The notes below the pieces were generated by a model. It saw only the letters and a list, made by a program, of their open reading frames with translations, had not been told where the DNA came from and ran no database searches. The translations under genes and the position numbers were made by a program. A stretch of DNA of 62,708 nt, filler included, from Rhabdomonas costata (lineage: Eukaryota): the NCBI GenBank assembly GCA_019059605.1. It is 23 parts of 23 records of this genome, joined end to end, with 100 filler letters (N's around TTAATTAATTAA, not from the genome) between each part and the next. Parts side by side here need not be neighbours in the genome. Positions count along the whole stretch, not along the records: positions 24,474 to 27,090 come from JAHMHO010002607.1; positions 27,191 to 29,808 come from JAHMHO010002608.1; positions 29,909 to 32,541 come from JAHMHO010002609.1; positions 32,642 to 35,257 come from JAHMHO010002610.1; positions 35,358 to 37,973 come from JAHMHO010002611.1; 18 more parts are not named here. One strand, written 5' to 3'. This document shows positions 24,793-37,973 of the stretch, in pieces. The first letter of the stretch is position 1. Every line of letters starts with the position of its first letter.

Positions 24793-26086
24793 CCCGTCCG
24801 CGGCCATCACGCTCTCCTCTGGGAGCATATCAGCCGCTTCCAGGGTGGGAGAATTTCTAGGGCTGTTTCGCTCGTGCTGTGACGTTGTAGGGCATCCAGA
24901 CTGGGTAGTTCGCAAACTTCGCCGATGAAGTGGCTGACCTGTGGACGAAGGTGATAGTTCAAACTCCTCGGGCGAGCCACCGCGGTCCTTTTCGGAGGCC
25001 ATAGCTGTAAAGGAGCGTTCAAACGCCGTTGTCAATTGGCGTGGGTCGAGAGAGAGTATAGAAGTCTCTGGCCCGGCAAACAGGCTCAGCGGCATGAACG
25101 TACGGTACTCCCGCAGGCTCGCCGTCAGCCGGGCGAAGCTCTGGCCCAGGGTGCGGCACTCCCGGATCACGCTGGGCCGCAGCGGTACCACATGGTCCAC
25201 GTCCATCGCGGCCAGCCGCCCGAACTCCACGGCGAGGCGCTGCAGGGGGTGGGTGATTCCCCAGACCAGCAGGAAGGCGAACAGGCACACCCTGCGTTTG
25301 GACGCAGAACTGGAGGTGAGAGGAAGCCGAGAAAGAAGTGTCGCGGAGAAAACAAGAGGTGTGTTTCCCGAGAGGAAGTTTGGACTGCTGCTGGAAAGGG
25401 AAGTTTGCAGAAATTAACCAACAAAGCTTAATTATAGAATATACTTCGTCGCATACGGTGTCAGTTGTGCACCCAAGAGGATGATAACATAGTAAAAACA
25501 ACGCAGTTGGAGGAGGCAGTGGTCGCAACGCAGATACCCCGCACCGCAGCCCACCACAAGGCCCACCGTCAGAGGGATGCTGGAGTCGATGTCCGCCATC
25601 CACACACTTCTCTTGGTGCCCACCACCATGACCCACTGAATATCCTGAATACCACCACCACCACTCAGCTATGACGGGAAGGGAGGGAGCTATTGCAAAA
25701 AGCGTAGCTAATCGAAAGAACAGGTAGGGGCAGCGTGAAAGAGTTCGTCCAAAAGCGGCCAAAGCACATCAGAAGCATACAAACAATACACACACCGCCA
25801 TATCGATCTGCTTCACTTGCGCGTCGTACCCGTTCACATGCAAATCGCTTCCCTCGGACCCTGAGAACCTCCCCCACCCCAGCGCCGGGTCCACGCTCAT
25901 CGCCGCCCGGGCCAAGTCCCGAACCACCGCGGTGCTGACTTGGTCCGCCCGAATGGGCTGCGCCAGCCTTGTGACCCGGTCCGGGGCACTCGCGATGTTC
26001 TGCCCCAGCACGGAGCAGCCCAGCAGATTGCCTGAGCTCATCTCCACAATGAAGATCACCGTTTGGGCCAGCAGTGTAAGCGCAAC
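24793..26086 (-). CDS. Receptor-type TM-HAMP signalling protein (adenylate-cyclase-associated architecture), partial
   Basis: Exons 26086-25796, 25644-25538, 25291-24793 are in phase: VIFIVEMSSGNLLGCS...DIQWVMVVGTKRSVWMADID, a TM helix, then ITHPLQRLAVEFGRLAAMDVD...SVIRECRTLGQSFARLTASLREYRTFMPLSL. Confidence 0.75.
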
Positions 26087-26783
26087 CTAGGACAGAAAGC
26101 GATGGTCATGGTAACAAGTGGGGTTGTCGGTCAATGCCAATGGAGCCAAAAAAGAAAGGAAATGGGAGGAAGAAACTCTGATTCTCACTAGCTAATGCCA
26201 CAGTGAGGCAGAAGGCGGAAGAGAAGGAGATGGGACAATGATGCGATGCCAAGGAAAAAATTGTGAATTCGGCAAAAAAAAATTGTACCCAGAAAGAAAC
26301 AGTGTGAATCCCATCGGAGAAGGATGTCACAACAAGATAGGAAAACACCAGAAGGTCGCAGAACGGAATTGAAACGCCTTTTTGCTAACACTATCAAAAA
26401 CTACAATTTACTCCAATCACACCACCGCAACCAGAGACCCTTACAGCCTTGGAAACGCAACCTCCCCACAGAAATCCACACATACTCCATCTTCCACCGA
26501 TCCCCCTCCAACAATCCAAATATCCGGAGGGCAAATAGAGACCAACACACCTGAAATTATTCGAGAAAACCACCGGAATGTGCGAATTGCACAATCTCTG
26601 GGGTGGGTTACAAAAAATTTTCCCACTTGAAAATGTAATGTTTCACCGCTGGATGAGCAACGCCAGTGGTGGGCCGGGGCCTCTTATTCAGCAGGCCTAC
26701 CGAAACGTTGCGCGGGTGGTGGGATGGTATTTTCGGGCCTTTCATTCTCGTACAGTGGTGGTGTCTCCTTGAAGGCTATCTTG

Positions 26784-26955
26784 TGTCCCTTTTGTAAAAC
26801 GCCTAAGTCAAAAAGACGCCGTAACAGACTTTGCCAAGCATAAACACAGCGTTTTTGATGTCAAATGGAAATGCAATACCTTTATGTTTGGTAAACAAAC
26901 ACGCTATTTGTTTGCCATGGTGCTTTTTTGACTTAGGCGCTTTGCAAAAGGGACA
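26784..26955. mobile_element. 172-bp MITE-like element with about 31-bp terminal inverted repeats
   Basis: TGTCCCTTTTGTAAAACGCCTAAGTCAAAAA at the left pairs with TTTTTGACTTAGGCGCTTTGCAAAAGGGACA at the right, with 2 mismatches. Confidence 0.7.
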
Positions 26956-27545
26956 AGCGGCCATTTTTTGGCCGTATAAAGGCAGCATGCAGACACCTGG
27001 TTGACATCTTGTAATGATTCCTCTTTCCAATGGTAGAGCCCATGGGTACTGTGTTTTGGTGTAGAAGAGAGGCAGTTCCATGGGCACTAGNNNNNNNNNN
27101 NNNNNNNNNNNNNNNNNNNNNNNNNNNNNNNNNNTTAATTAATTAANNNNNNNNNNNNNNNNNNNNNNNNNNNNNNNNNNNNNNNNNNNNTTTGGTGGCC
27201 GCTATCTGCAGACAAGCGAAGGCACACCACCTCGTCCTCAGTCGGTACTTCAACAATGAGGTAAAACCTCTTAACCCAAAAGTGGCCCATGACATCCACA
27301 ACTTACAGGTTGATTACCGTTGGGACCTGGTGATGGTACAGCAGTTGTCGTGGTGGGTGCACTGTTTCCCCAGAAATGGTCCAGGTGACACCTTGGGAAC
27401 CAGGTGGTACTTACAAATTGCATTGTGCTTCAATCACCAGTTCAAAAGATTCAAGTTAGGGACCCAAGTTAGGGATCGACCCAAAGGCTTCAAGGAAGGC
27501 AGAAGAATATCATTGGTGTGTTACGTTGACAGGCCTCTGTGTTGC

Positions 27546-27610
27546 TGTGCTGTGCTGTGCTGTGCTGTGCTGTGCTGTGCTGTGCTGTGCTGTGCTGTGC
27601 TGTGCTGTGC
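27546..27610. repeat. (TGTGC)13 microsatellite
   Basis: Perfect pentanucleotide tandem array. Confidence 0.97.
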
Positions 27611-27780
27611 TGTACTGTGTTCTGTTGTGCTGCGCTGTACCGTGCATGTTTTTGTCTTTTGATGAAATTCCTCCAACCTGCAACCCCACATGTGTGCGTG
27701 CATGTGTGTGGGCGCGCGCGCTGTGTGCGTTCACACGCATGAAAGAGCAGAAGCCTGCATCCGAAGCTGCTGCCGCGCAC

Positions 27781-29098
27781 CTGCGAGCTTGCCCACAGAG
27801 CAGGGATGTCCCGGCAAAGGTCCTCCCACTTTGGCAGGGCGCTCAGGTAGGGAAACCACGGGCTGCGCACGCCGCAGCTCCGCTCGTACAGCACTAGCAT
27901 CGCAAGCGCCAGACTGTCCTCCAGGTGCACGGTAGGGTGGCAGTGCCGCACCAGCAGGACCAGGGGACAGTCCTGGGCCTTCTCTGAGGTCATCCAGCAG
28001 GCCTCAGGCACCGACAAGACCATCTGCAGCGGGATATCAACAAACCCGACCACTTTGCGACGAGAGGTCACCCGCCTGGTAGTGGAGCAAGGGCGCACCA
28101 GCAATAGTCCCTCGTTAGACCGGTGGTGTGGGGGGTGAAGGGCACTGTGACCAAGTTCACAGTGGTCGTTCCCGGTGAAAAATCCTTCGGCATTGATGCC
28201 GATGAGCCGTACCACTTCTGCTGGATTCTTTTCAGCTCTCCCGGAGGAGTGCGCTCCACTCGCCACTGAGCCACTCTGCTGTCATCGAACTTCTGGCTGG
28301 TCATGCGGTCAAGCTGAAACTCGACCCCTCCGTGAACCAGGTGGCCTCTGGTCGCTCGGCCGCCCCGGCGGCTGGCCTCCGTCCCTTTTGCATGCAATCT
28401 CCTTGGGAAGCGTTCTTTGTCCCTCTGGGCAACGTCACCGACGTCCGCTGAGCTCCGTTTGTGGTTCACGGGGGGGGGGGTCGAGTTTCAGCCTCGCACC
28501 AGTCATGCTATCAACTACGGCCCAGAAGTCCTCCACCAGGGCCGAAGCAAGAAACGCGGAGTGGGAGTGGGGAGTGGGAGTGGGAGTGGGTTCTGCCGCG
28601 GTTCCACACGGATATGTCTGACAGGGTTCTAAGGTTTGAAAAAGACGTTGCTCATGGAGGCTCCTTTGCTGAAGGGCAGCGGGCGCTGCTCGCATTTCAA
28701 AGCTCTTTCCAGCCCAGTTTCAAACTTCACAAGACTGGCGTTACATCGTCCCCTCCATTCATCTTACCCAACGAGGGGTGCCGCCCATTGCATCAAAAAG
28801 GTGAGGTAGGTGTACTCACAGAGTGCAACGGTATGGGGATTGGGAATGGGGAGAAGAAGCCGAAGCAAATTAAATGGTGAGGCTTTGGGGGAAAAGTGGA
28901 GCGAAGAAATGCAACGCCTAGAAAAGAACAGGGGAACTCACACACCTCCCCCGGGTCCAAGGTGCTGGCCGTGACCACCACCCCACGTCCCGTGCTGCAA
29001 AAGTAACCCGGCCATTTGCAAGACCTCAACTGTGCCCCACGGCTGGCAGCCCATTCCAGCAGCCTGCCCTCGACAGCGCTGGTATCAGAGGGCTCCAT
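27781..29098 (-). CDS. SET-domain protein methyltransferase (SETD3/Rubisco LSMT-like), first two exons
   Basis: Exon 29098-28946 reads MEPSDTSAVEGRLLEWAASRGA...TGRGVVVTASTLDPGE. Exon 28023-27781 reads MVLSVPEACWMT...LAMLVLYERSCGVRSPWFPYLSALP...IPALW. Confidence 0.85.
28313..28492. repeat. Imperfect inverted repeat (about 27-31-bp arms) in a SET-gene intron
   Basis: GCTGAAACTCGACCCCTCCGTGAACCA pairs with TGGTTCACG(G)10TCGAGTTTCAGC. Confidence 0.7.
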
Positions 29099-29908
29099 CA
29101 AAGAGCTTTCATCCAAAAAAAAAAGCTGCTGTCGACAATCAACCCAACCGACGTCTGAATGGTGAAAGGGCAAGGAAAGAATGCCAAGCAAACAGCACGG
29201 TCACCTCTGCTGCATACGGGCAGTACGTCCCACGCCAAAGGCTTTTGTAACACCAATTTCATTGCTTATATTGTCCGAGTAACCTCAAGTTACAACCCAA
29301 AAAGTGCACTCTAAATCAGGCATTTTCGGACTCCGGCGAAATGAGGTGAAAAAACTGGTTTTGGACTCAACGTGTTTTCCCCTACTCCTAACTCTAACTT
29401 TTGAGATGATGTGGGCAAGATTTTTTGCACTCTGGGGGGCCGTTGTCTTATGGTCGAAATGCCCTCCAAAGGGCAGAGCTATGCAAGCTTTTGAAACAAA
29501 TTTCCTCAAACTGGAGCGCCGTCTTAGGTTTGGTGCGCAGCAACAATTGTGATGATATGGTGAGGCAGCTTTCGGAATGCGGCCATACCAAAAACCACGT
29601 AAAAGGATTAGGCCATTTTAACCTTCCAAAGTAGCGCTGCACAACACCTCAACGATACACCCAACGTACACATAGATCACCAACTGGATTGACAACAGTG
29701 CATAGTACCGCAGTGTAAAACATAGAAGCAGGCAGGTCGAAGCAGAGGAGCGTCTGGGCTACCGACGCGAACGAGAATTTCGAAAATGGGACCCAAGAAA
29801 ACACCAACNNNNNNNNNNNNNNNNNNNNNNNNNNNNNNNNNNNNNNNNNNNNTTAATTAATTAANNNNNNNNNNNNNNNNNNNNNNNNNNNNNNNNNNNN
29901 NNNNNNNN

Positions 29909-29946
<38 letters not shown>
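29909..29946. repeat. (CA)19 microsatellite at a contig start
   Basis: Perfect dinucleotide run. Confidence 0.97.
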
Positions 29947-29948
<2 letters not shown>

Positions 29949-31338
29949 GCTTTGCAAGGTCCTTTTAATGCTGAACGGAGTCAGAGGTGTTGCTTTTTTT
30001 ATAGGCGCATGCCAGGGATCAGTTTTTCCTCCTACGGAACCAGACCTTGGAGAAATACCTGAGCGCGGCGCATGTGTTTCCCGGGAACACGAGCTCTGCG
30101 AACGCCACCGTCTCGTGGATGCCTTCGTTCAACTCCACGTATAGTTTTTGGCTGCAGTTATATGTATCAATTGTTGAGGGTAGTTATTCCAAAGCGGCCT
30201 TCGTGCGTTTTGCTTTGTGCGTGCCGCCCTTGTTTTGTGGTGTTTCGCCCACCCGTTTGCAACCTCAGAGTTTCAACTTCGAAACTTCTCTGGTCTTCAG
30301 TCGAATATTGGTGATATGATGGCGAACCATTCGCGTCATCGCAGTCACAACCAATGGTCTCGTTTATCTGGAATTCTTGGAAGCGAAAAAAGGGTGAGTT
30401 GAAAAGTAGGAAAAGCCTGTTCTTTGTGGTGCTATCTCTAGGCTTGATATTTACGAGGATAAAAGGTGTTCTTGTTTTTCGATGCGTGCCTTCACTTCCT
30501 TTCTCTTTCTTTGCCCCATGCTTGAGCGGAAGTTTACATTTGGATCCGAGAGGTCTCGCCCCAGGGATGCTGTTCTTTTTTTGTTTTCCATGCAAACAGG
30601 GCAACGATTCGCTTTCCTGTCGTGGACCTTGACACATCTCTGGTCACTCTTCTGGTGAGCAATGTTCGGGCGGGCTGACCCTCATTCCTCTCGTGTACAT
30701 ACAGTCATCAGCTGGATGCCTCCAGCCTTTTTCCCTTTCAGGTTTTGCTCTGGATTGGACCTCTTTGTTGTCACCACATATGCTGCCATCAATTCCGTGA
30801 TGATAGCTGCACGGTTGTACCTTGGGTGATGGTATCGTACCGTTTCTAGTCGACGATCTGTGTCCATATTTCAAAAACAAAAAAAACATTGTCCGGCTCA
30901 CCCTGCGCTTAGGCGTGGCATAATTGACAACTGCTGGCTCCTTTTCATGAAGAGTCGAAACCAAAATGGGGCTTTCTCAAAGTTCATGGGGCAAAAGACT
31001 GGTTCTGGTTGATTCAGCCGGAGTTGGGTCGCTTCGAATTTCCGCCTCGTAATAGATGACTGCCAACTGTCGAGCAGTCAACCGGGCACATTTACTATGT
31101 TTACTATGTGGGATTATGGGCAAACAAAGTGTTCGTCGAGGATTTGTGTGGTGATTGGACCATAGTTTTGCCGCCGTTGTTTTGAAAACATTTACATGTA
31201 TATTCCCATATCCTGCGCATCTCTCCCTCTTGCAGGACTCCTTGTCATAAGTTTTCTTCCTCCGCCGTGCGTGCTTGTGGTTTCCACACATTGTTTCGTT
31301 TGCTGTGTTCGCTGTGGTTGTTGGGCAAACAAGAAAAA

Positions 31339-32052
31339 ATGAGAATCATCGACAAGATCCGCGAGCTTACCGAAGACACTCGGCACTTCTTTAGTATCGA
31401 GTTCTTCCCTCCAAAGACCGAGGCAGGTAGTTCCATTCCTGGGAAAACCCACAGGACAGTTCTTTTATCCGCTCGGTCTGCACCGCCGGTTCAATGAGGA
31501 AGGGTCAGGGTTTGGGTGCCATGTTTTATGGGAAGATGAGATGTCCTCAGGGCCTGCACAGTGCCCATGTACTTTTTTCTAAAAGGTGTATTTTTTCATG
31601 GTCTTTTTGTTGGGCTCTGTGCGATGCTTTGACTCTTTGGCAACAACTTTTCTGCAAGGTTCTGTAAATGAAGGTCACCTGCCACATTTTGTGTCTGGTT
31701 GACTGTTTGTGTTATTCATCCTCTCAGATTATCTTGTCAAGGGTTTACATGTTCCTGCACATCTTTTGCCACATGACGGAAGCGTGTCTGCGTGACCCCA
31801 GCTGTTAGCATCGCCGAGACGCAAGGGTGAATGGCAAAGGGACTTTTTTTTTAAAACCGTCGGTCATTGTGTATGAGTTTCTTTTTTTGGGTTCTCCGTG
31901 GTCAACGTTAATTCCCACGCACGCTTTGGAAACAGGGGTGTGCAACCTGTACGCTCGGATCGAGCGGATGGCGCTGCTACAGCCCTGCTTCGTGAGTGTG
32001 ACGTGGGGCACCAACGCCAGCACCGCGGAACTCACGTTTGACATCTGCGTGG
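31339..32052 (+). CDS. MTHFR: Methylenetetrahydrofolate reductase, first two exons
   Basis: Exons 31339-31426 and 31936-32052 give MRIIDKIRELTEDTRHFFSIEFFPPKTEAGVCNLYARIERMALLQPCFVSVTWG. Confidence 0.95.
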
Positions 32053-32838
32053 GTATGCCTAGCTTTGAGGTTCCGCTCTATGGGTGAGGGGTCGAATGAA
32101 GCTCCGCGAAGTATCCCCAAGAAATGGGGTACGCGGAGTGTGTGACGCAGTCTTCTGAAATAACTGCTGCGATTTTGTGTTGCAGGTACTCATGGACAAA
32201 AGTCTCGGGGTGTTAAATCTCGAATATCGGCGCTATCGACTGGGACCTTCCACTCCACCCCCTGTCAAATAATTCTGACTTTTATAAGACCACTAAGAAT
32301 TGTCTACCCTTCAGTTTCCTGCTGTAGACAGAACTTGGTAATGGCACAGTTCGGGTTACCGCCGCGTCGACTTCGAATACTGCAAGTATTTTGGCCTCGC
32401 TTGCTCCTCAGTCATTTCACTGAGGGAAAACTGGGTATAAGTATGTGGTGCCCGCCTCAAGCACTTGCTTATTCCATCCCCAAATCGCAATTTGCGTGCA
32501 GCAGGGTCTCCAGCCCCAACAACCCAAACACACCCACCATANNNNNNNNNNNNNNNNNNNNNNNNNNNNNNNNNNNNNNNNNNNNTTAATTAATTAANNN
32601 NNNNNNNNNNNNNNNNNNNNNNNNNNNNNNNNNNNNNNNNNTGTTGGTGTGAAAGTGATTTCTATGGGCTGCAGACATCCTAGAGCCAGTTGCCGAGCCC
32701 ATTACGGCGTGGGGTGGTTCGTTGTAAAGTACGTTGTGGGTGCTGTCGTACCTTCCGCCGGCTTCGGCTTCGCCCTCTCCTTTTCAGGATCCATCTAAAA
32801 AAAGTTAAACAGTATCCGCATGCGGGTTTTTGTTTCAG

Positions 32839-33968
32839 ATCAAGCAGCGGTCGACCATTGCCTGGCGCGGTTCTATTTTGCCCTGAGATGTGCCGTAGTG
32901 CAGCACCAGCTCGCCGCTTTGGTGTGTTGTGTGCCTGCGACCCGGACGGAGAGCTTTGGCGCGCGGCTGAGGCACCTGGCTGACGCTGTGGTTCGATTTA
33001 CAGCGTTCCACGGGCTGATGACGTGCACTCCAGCACAGGTTGCGTCCCCCGCCGCCATCTATCGATTGCTGTGTTGCCTCCTCCTCATTCTCTGTTCAGC
33101 GGGGGGACGGAAGAGCTTTTGCGGCTCTTTGGAGCCCACGCGGTGGACGATAAAGACACCCGATAAACGATAAACGATAAAGACGACAAGGGGCCAGGGT
33201 TCTCCATTCCGCCAAAGCGAGACCAGTGCTTAAGCGTGAATATGGATTCGAGCCGATTTCGGAGCCAGTTTGACAGTATCCGTACCACCTTCACACCGAA
33301 CTCAGTGTATGTTTGGAGCCCGCTCGCCATTTTGCAGAATTGATTCGACCTGTCCATTTGTCCATCGTTCTGCGTACCCAATCACGTTACCTCATCTGCG
33401 TTCTGCGCTTCTGCTTTTGAATGACTCCTGTTGCCGCCCGCTCAGCTTACCGAGGCGGAGCAGACTGAGTTCAGCGGGCTGGTAGAAGTGGTGAAGCCCT
33501 TTCGCGTGAACTCGCTCACCGCCTTCCACACTGGGGTCTCCGTGCTCAACGTCAGGGTATGTCCACCGGGTCGCTGTAGGCTTTTCTTCACTCGCAGATT
33601 GTGTTCGGCACCCTTTTGTGGAGCGCACTGCGGTGTTTTGTTCGACTCGATTCAACACCTCTGCGGATATTGGAAAAAAGAGATGTTCAGACCGAGCACC
33701 TTTCGACGTGCGCGTGCACCTCACCGTGCGTGAATCTTGCCTGCTGCCACACGAAAAAAAGCTTAAAGTCCTTTCGTATCATTGTGCTGTTTTTGTCTGT
33801 TTTCTTTTCGACTGCGGAAAATCGTTTCCCCCGCCCGTTTTGCACTGCAATGTTCAGGTTCATTCCTCGGGTAAGCTGTCTCTGGTGAAGCGCTCCCTGC
33901 CTCCAGAGGAGGCTTCTGGACCCCGCGGGACAACTCCGTCCATGTGCTTGCCGAGCTCCTCGTTTTAG
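32839..33968 (+). CDS. ELP4: Elongator complex protein 4, last three exons
   Basis: Exons 32839-33038, 33446-33556, 33858-33968 are in phase: LARFYFALR...RLRHLADAVVRFTAFHG...EFSGLVEVVKPFRVNSL...KLSLVKRSLPPEE...SF*. This follows the ELP4 C-terminal pattern. Confidence 0.75.
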
Positions 33969-34733
33969 CAGCATTCTTCATGAGCTGTGAATATCAACTC
34001 AGTCCTGGCGATATGACTGACCGCAGATTCTGTCGGCCGGTCAAACGAGCGTCCACGTCTACGTTTGAGAGGGGAAGTTGTTGCTAGCCACTGAACCCTG
34101 CAATGCAGACAGCGGTGCTTGTGCCTCGAAGTTACGGTTGTGTTTTCCTTGGGTCAGCCCCCTCTTTATCGCGAATTCTTTCTTTCGCACCGTGGGTTGA
34201 ATTCTGCCTGTCGGGGGCTTCGGAACCATCTTGAGGTTGTATTATGAGAGTCCGGATGACCGCTGACTGAAATTCAGGCTGTTAATGCTCGCATTTTCTC
34301 TCCACAGAACTTATTGGGCTTCTTTTATTTTTTTCCACGCGCACCTTTGCTAAACGCAATTCGGCCCTCTCCGTGCAAATGTCGTGGGCGGCACGGTTCC
34401 CTTCGGGCCTGGTGCTGCTGGCGGTCGCTCTGGTGGACCTTCCGCGCTCTCTCTGCGGCGGCCCGTATGCGAATGCCTGCTCTGCACTCACATCATCTCC
34501 CTGTGGACCTCGCGCCGTCTTTCTGAGTTGCAGCACTGTTGCGTGCCCTTTGTTAGTGGGTGCATCTGGTTAGTTCAGCATCGTGTTCCGCTGCTCTTGG
34601 ATCTACCGCATTTTTTTTTGGCTTTTTCATCTTTCCTGTCGTTTCCTCTGTCATCGCTGAGATTTTCAGCTGTCCTCTATTGCTGAATATTTTGAACCGG
34701 GGCACTCAGCACCCCCCCCCCCACGCATGATTT

Positions 34734-34842
34734 TGCTTCAGTGAATTTCTTTTTAGGGGTTCTTTTTAGGGCCTATTTCTACGAATGCTTCAGTGAATTT
34801 CTTTTTTGGGGTTCTTTTTAGGGCCTATTTCTACGAATGCTT
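34734..34842. repeat. 52-bp tandem duplication (2 copies)
   Basis: TGCTTCAGTGAATTTCTTTTTWGGGGTTCTTTTTAGGGCCTATTTCTACGAA is repeated with period 52. Confidence 0.9.
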
Positions 34843-37122
34843 TGGTGATCAGTGACAAGAAGGCTTGCGTTCCTTGTTTGATCGGTTCGTTTCTCACTAG
34901 GAGGCTCACTGCCCAGGACGACGGGCACACTGTTTCTCGTGACAGCCGCTGAGATTTGCAAAAAAGGAAATCCGATTAGAAACGAAGTGGGATAGTGGAG
35001 CATTTGTTGCCGATGTGCTTTTTGTGAGAGGTACAACTTTTAACATTTTGATGAGTGACATGAGTGACTGCAGGTTTGTGACTTCCCACCACAGTCCCTT
35101 TTGCACTCGGTCAATCACAAAAAGCATTGTAACATTGTTGGAGAAGGACAGAAAAGGACTGGCTTCAGCTTGAGTTCAAGAAGGAAGGCGTGACGCCTGG
35201 CTTCCACATTATTAAAACCGCACGCCAGGCCCTTGGCTCAAATGGCCAGGGTTCATTNNNNNNNNNNNNNNNNNNNNNNNNNNNNNNNNNNNNNNNNNNN
35301 NTTAATTAATTAANNNNNNNNNNNNNNNNNNNNNNNNNNNNNNNNNNNNNNNNNNNNGTGGTGGGGGTTTCTATCAGGTGGGGAATTTTTCGCTTGGGTG
35401 TTTGTGTTTCTGTCTCCGGTTTCGCATTTCTGGTTCCGGTCTCTGGGTTCGGCTTCGCATTGGCAGGCTAGGCATATCAGCGCCCCCGTGCACGATAGGC
35501 AACGGAGGAGTGCTTTATGCGGTAAGACTAAGGCTATATGTGAGCGCCACAGGTTGCTCAAGCGCAGGTGCTGCAGTGGAACCGAGTGGTATAGGGTGAG
35601 CCATTGGCGTAAACCACAGGTTGGCACACGTCACATGGCCCTATGCGACCAAAAACACTACACCATAGTGTACATGCCAGGGTATGAACGAGGGTATGCT
35701 ACCATATCACTAGTACTATGCGTATGTATGTTATGGTGGTAGTATTGGTGTAGGGGTAGTGCGAAGGAATAACATCCAACCAATTTACCTACCTGATGCC
35801 TATGCTATCATCCGGAAGTGGTCATGGCACTGTTGGTACCGGTAGTGGTATCATCATCCTACCTATGCAATGGTGGTATTGTAACTACTGCGTAATAGCA
35901 TTGTGTACGTGTGTGGTGTTGGTGTCACTGTTGGTGTTGATGCTGTCATTGTCAACCCCATGGTGGTTATGGGGTGGTAACCCTGGTTGTGGTGATGCCT
36001 ACCGGTGTTAGCCCTGATGGTGGTTGTACCAAATTGGAGGTCGCCGAGACCGACATGCATGGTAACCAATATCTCTATGCCTATACTCACAGCATCATCA
36101 CCTCACTTCCACTGCTGTATGGGTGTCAGTGGCGACGTCAACCCCACCAGGAGGGTTTGTGGTGAGTGAGTGGCATCCAACCCCACGCTAGTATGAGAGG
36201 ACGGATACATTCCTGAAGAACCCATGCTGAGGGGTTGGAGGGGGCGCAACGATCGGTAAGAGAAGAAAGACCACCTAAACTGCGACAATCGTAGACGAAT
36301 AGTTTTCCGCTATTTGAGAATTGAATGAGACACCCAGTTTGAATGAGACACGCAGTTTGTGTTGGTAAGAAAGTGGGTTATTCGTTAGGTGGAAATCTCT
36401 GCACCTGGCGGAATGGTTCCTTTCATTGTGCCTGAGCTTGAGAAAGAAATTCAGAGCGACACGATCACAAGAAATCTTCGACTTTTTGCCACGGTTGTAA
36501 GAGAAGTCTTAGCAGAAGGTCGACTAGTCGTGCCTTCCCTATTTGTTTTCCTTGTGCCTCTATCTTATGTCCTGATTCTGAGCTCGGAAATCCCTTGGCT
36601 GGTTCAGAAGATGAAAAATAGCGTCAGCAGGAGGAATTCACTTCTGCATGCGCCCGTACAGGGGCGCATGCTAGAGGAAGTGCCCATTGATCAGTCGCCT
36701 ATAAAAGGTGCCGCTGGGCTCAGGTCACCTGCGAGCGCGGCCGCTTCTGCAGTTAGGGAAGGGATGATCTGAAGGACCAAGGTAGCGTTAATTGTGACGG
36801 CGCATACCCGAACGACAGCGTAGGCAAACGAAAAGTGCCCTTCAGTAGAAATTGCTGGTTGGGCAGGGGACACGTCCAGCACCAAATTGCAGTGCCGAGA
36901 CGGTTTTATCAGCTCACAACGTCGCATTTTACGGCATAAGACTATGTGAGCATATTGTAGAAAGTCGTTAAAGGCACCCCAACCGCTCCGGTCGCGTAGC
37001 GAACTGGCCTCCACGGCCCACCATTTGCCGTCACCACTCCAATTTCCTTTGTGTCGATTACTCTCGGTAATGACCGCGGGCCTTGCCAACCTCGCTATGT
37101 GTATGCGTGCGTGTGCTCACAG

Positions 37123-37973
37123 CTCAGCTTCAGTGCCGCTATGGAGATCTTGACCGCGCATTGCGGGCTGACCGTGCAGCAAGCCGAGGTGGCCTTGACG
37201 TGGGGGATGCTTGCGGTGATCGCTCCTTCCACTTCTGATGGTGCGTGGCCCACAACAACCCCAAAAAGGATGGATGGGCGTGGGAAGGTCGGGCATAATG
37301 CATCGACTCCTCGGCCAGACATCTTTCATTCCAGCCCTATCTTCAGTCTGACCCCCAGCCAGAATTCGCCAAACACACACAGCCCGATGCGTTGCATCGA
37401 ATGCAAAGTCAAGGGAGTGGGATGACGTTCCCCGGTAAATATCTCCCAAAGTTGTAGAAATCGCGCTCATCATCATGCTGTCGTTGACCTTTCTAGTCGT
37501 GGAGTTGCGGAGTTGTCTGTCCAGAAAGGCTCAGAGTCCCGCGGTGACCACTCTCCCTCGATTGTACGCGCAAATGATGGACTTACAAATCATCACAGCT
37601 TCACAAGTGAGGCGACAGAAACCGCATGCTTGTAACGTCAACCTCGCGTGCATTAATCAAAGATGCGCCGAACGAGAAAGAAAGCACGATCACCATTATT
37701 TGCCATTGTTTGGCTTCGACCCTGTCGCCGTTTCAGGCCAGGCATCCGCAGACTCTGCCGTGTCGTTCACCAGCAAGGCCTTGACCGATCTTGCCTGGGA
37801 GGTCCAGCTTTTGGCCTTGATGCGGTCCCACCTGGGAATTTTCGACCACCCCAACCCCTTAATGGAAGCTGCCCGGCAGCTCGATGATGAGACCCGCTGT
37901 CACGCCCTTGCGAAGGCCGCGGAGGCCACGGCGTTCGCCCTGCAGCATTTCTCCACGCACGTCGCCACACCAA
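37123..37973 (+). CDS. Probable exons of an unknown protein
   Basis: AG-preceded, GC3-rich frames start at 37123 (LSFSAAMEILTAHCGLTVQQAEVAL) and 37737 (QASADSAVSFTSKALTDLAWEVQLLALMRSHLGIFDHPNPLMEAARQL). No family recognised. Confidence 0.35.

Noticed and set aside
28024..28266. Apparent non-canonical splice junction or N-terminal extension in the SET gene
   Set aside because: A canonical CAG|ATG acceptor at 28023 gives an in-phase, family-typical PGE-MVLSVP join.
35358..36300. TGG/TAC-rich region as coding sequence or a transposon
   Set aside because: Low complexity, with no recognisable motif.
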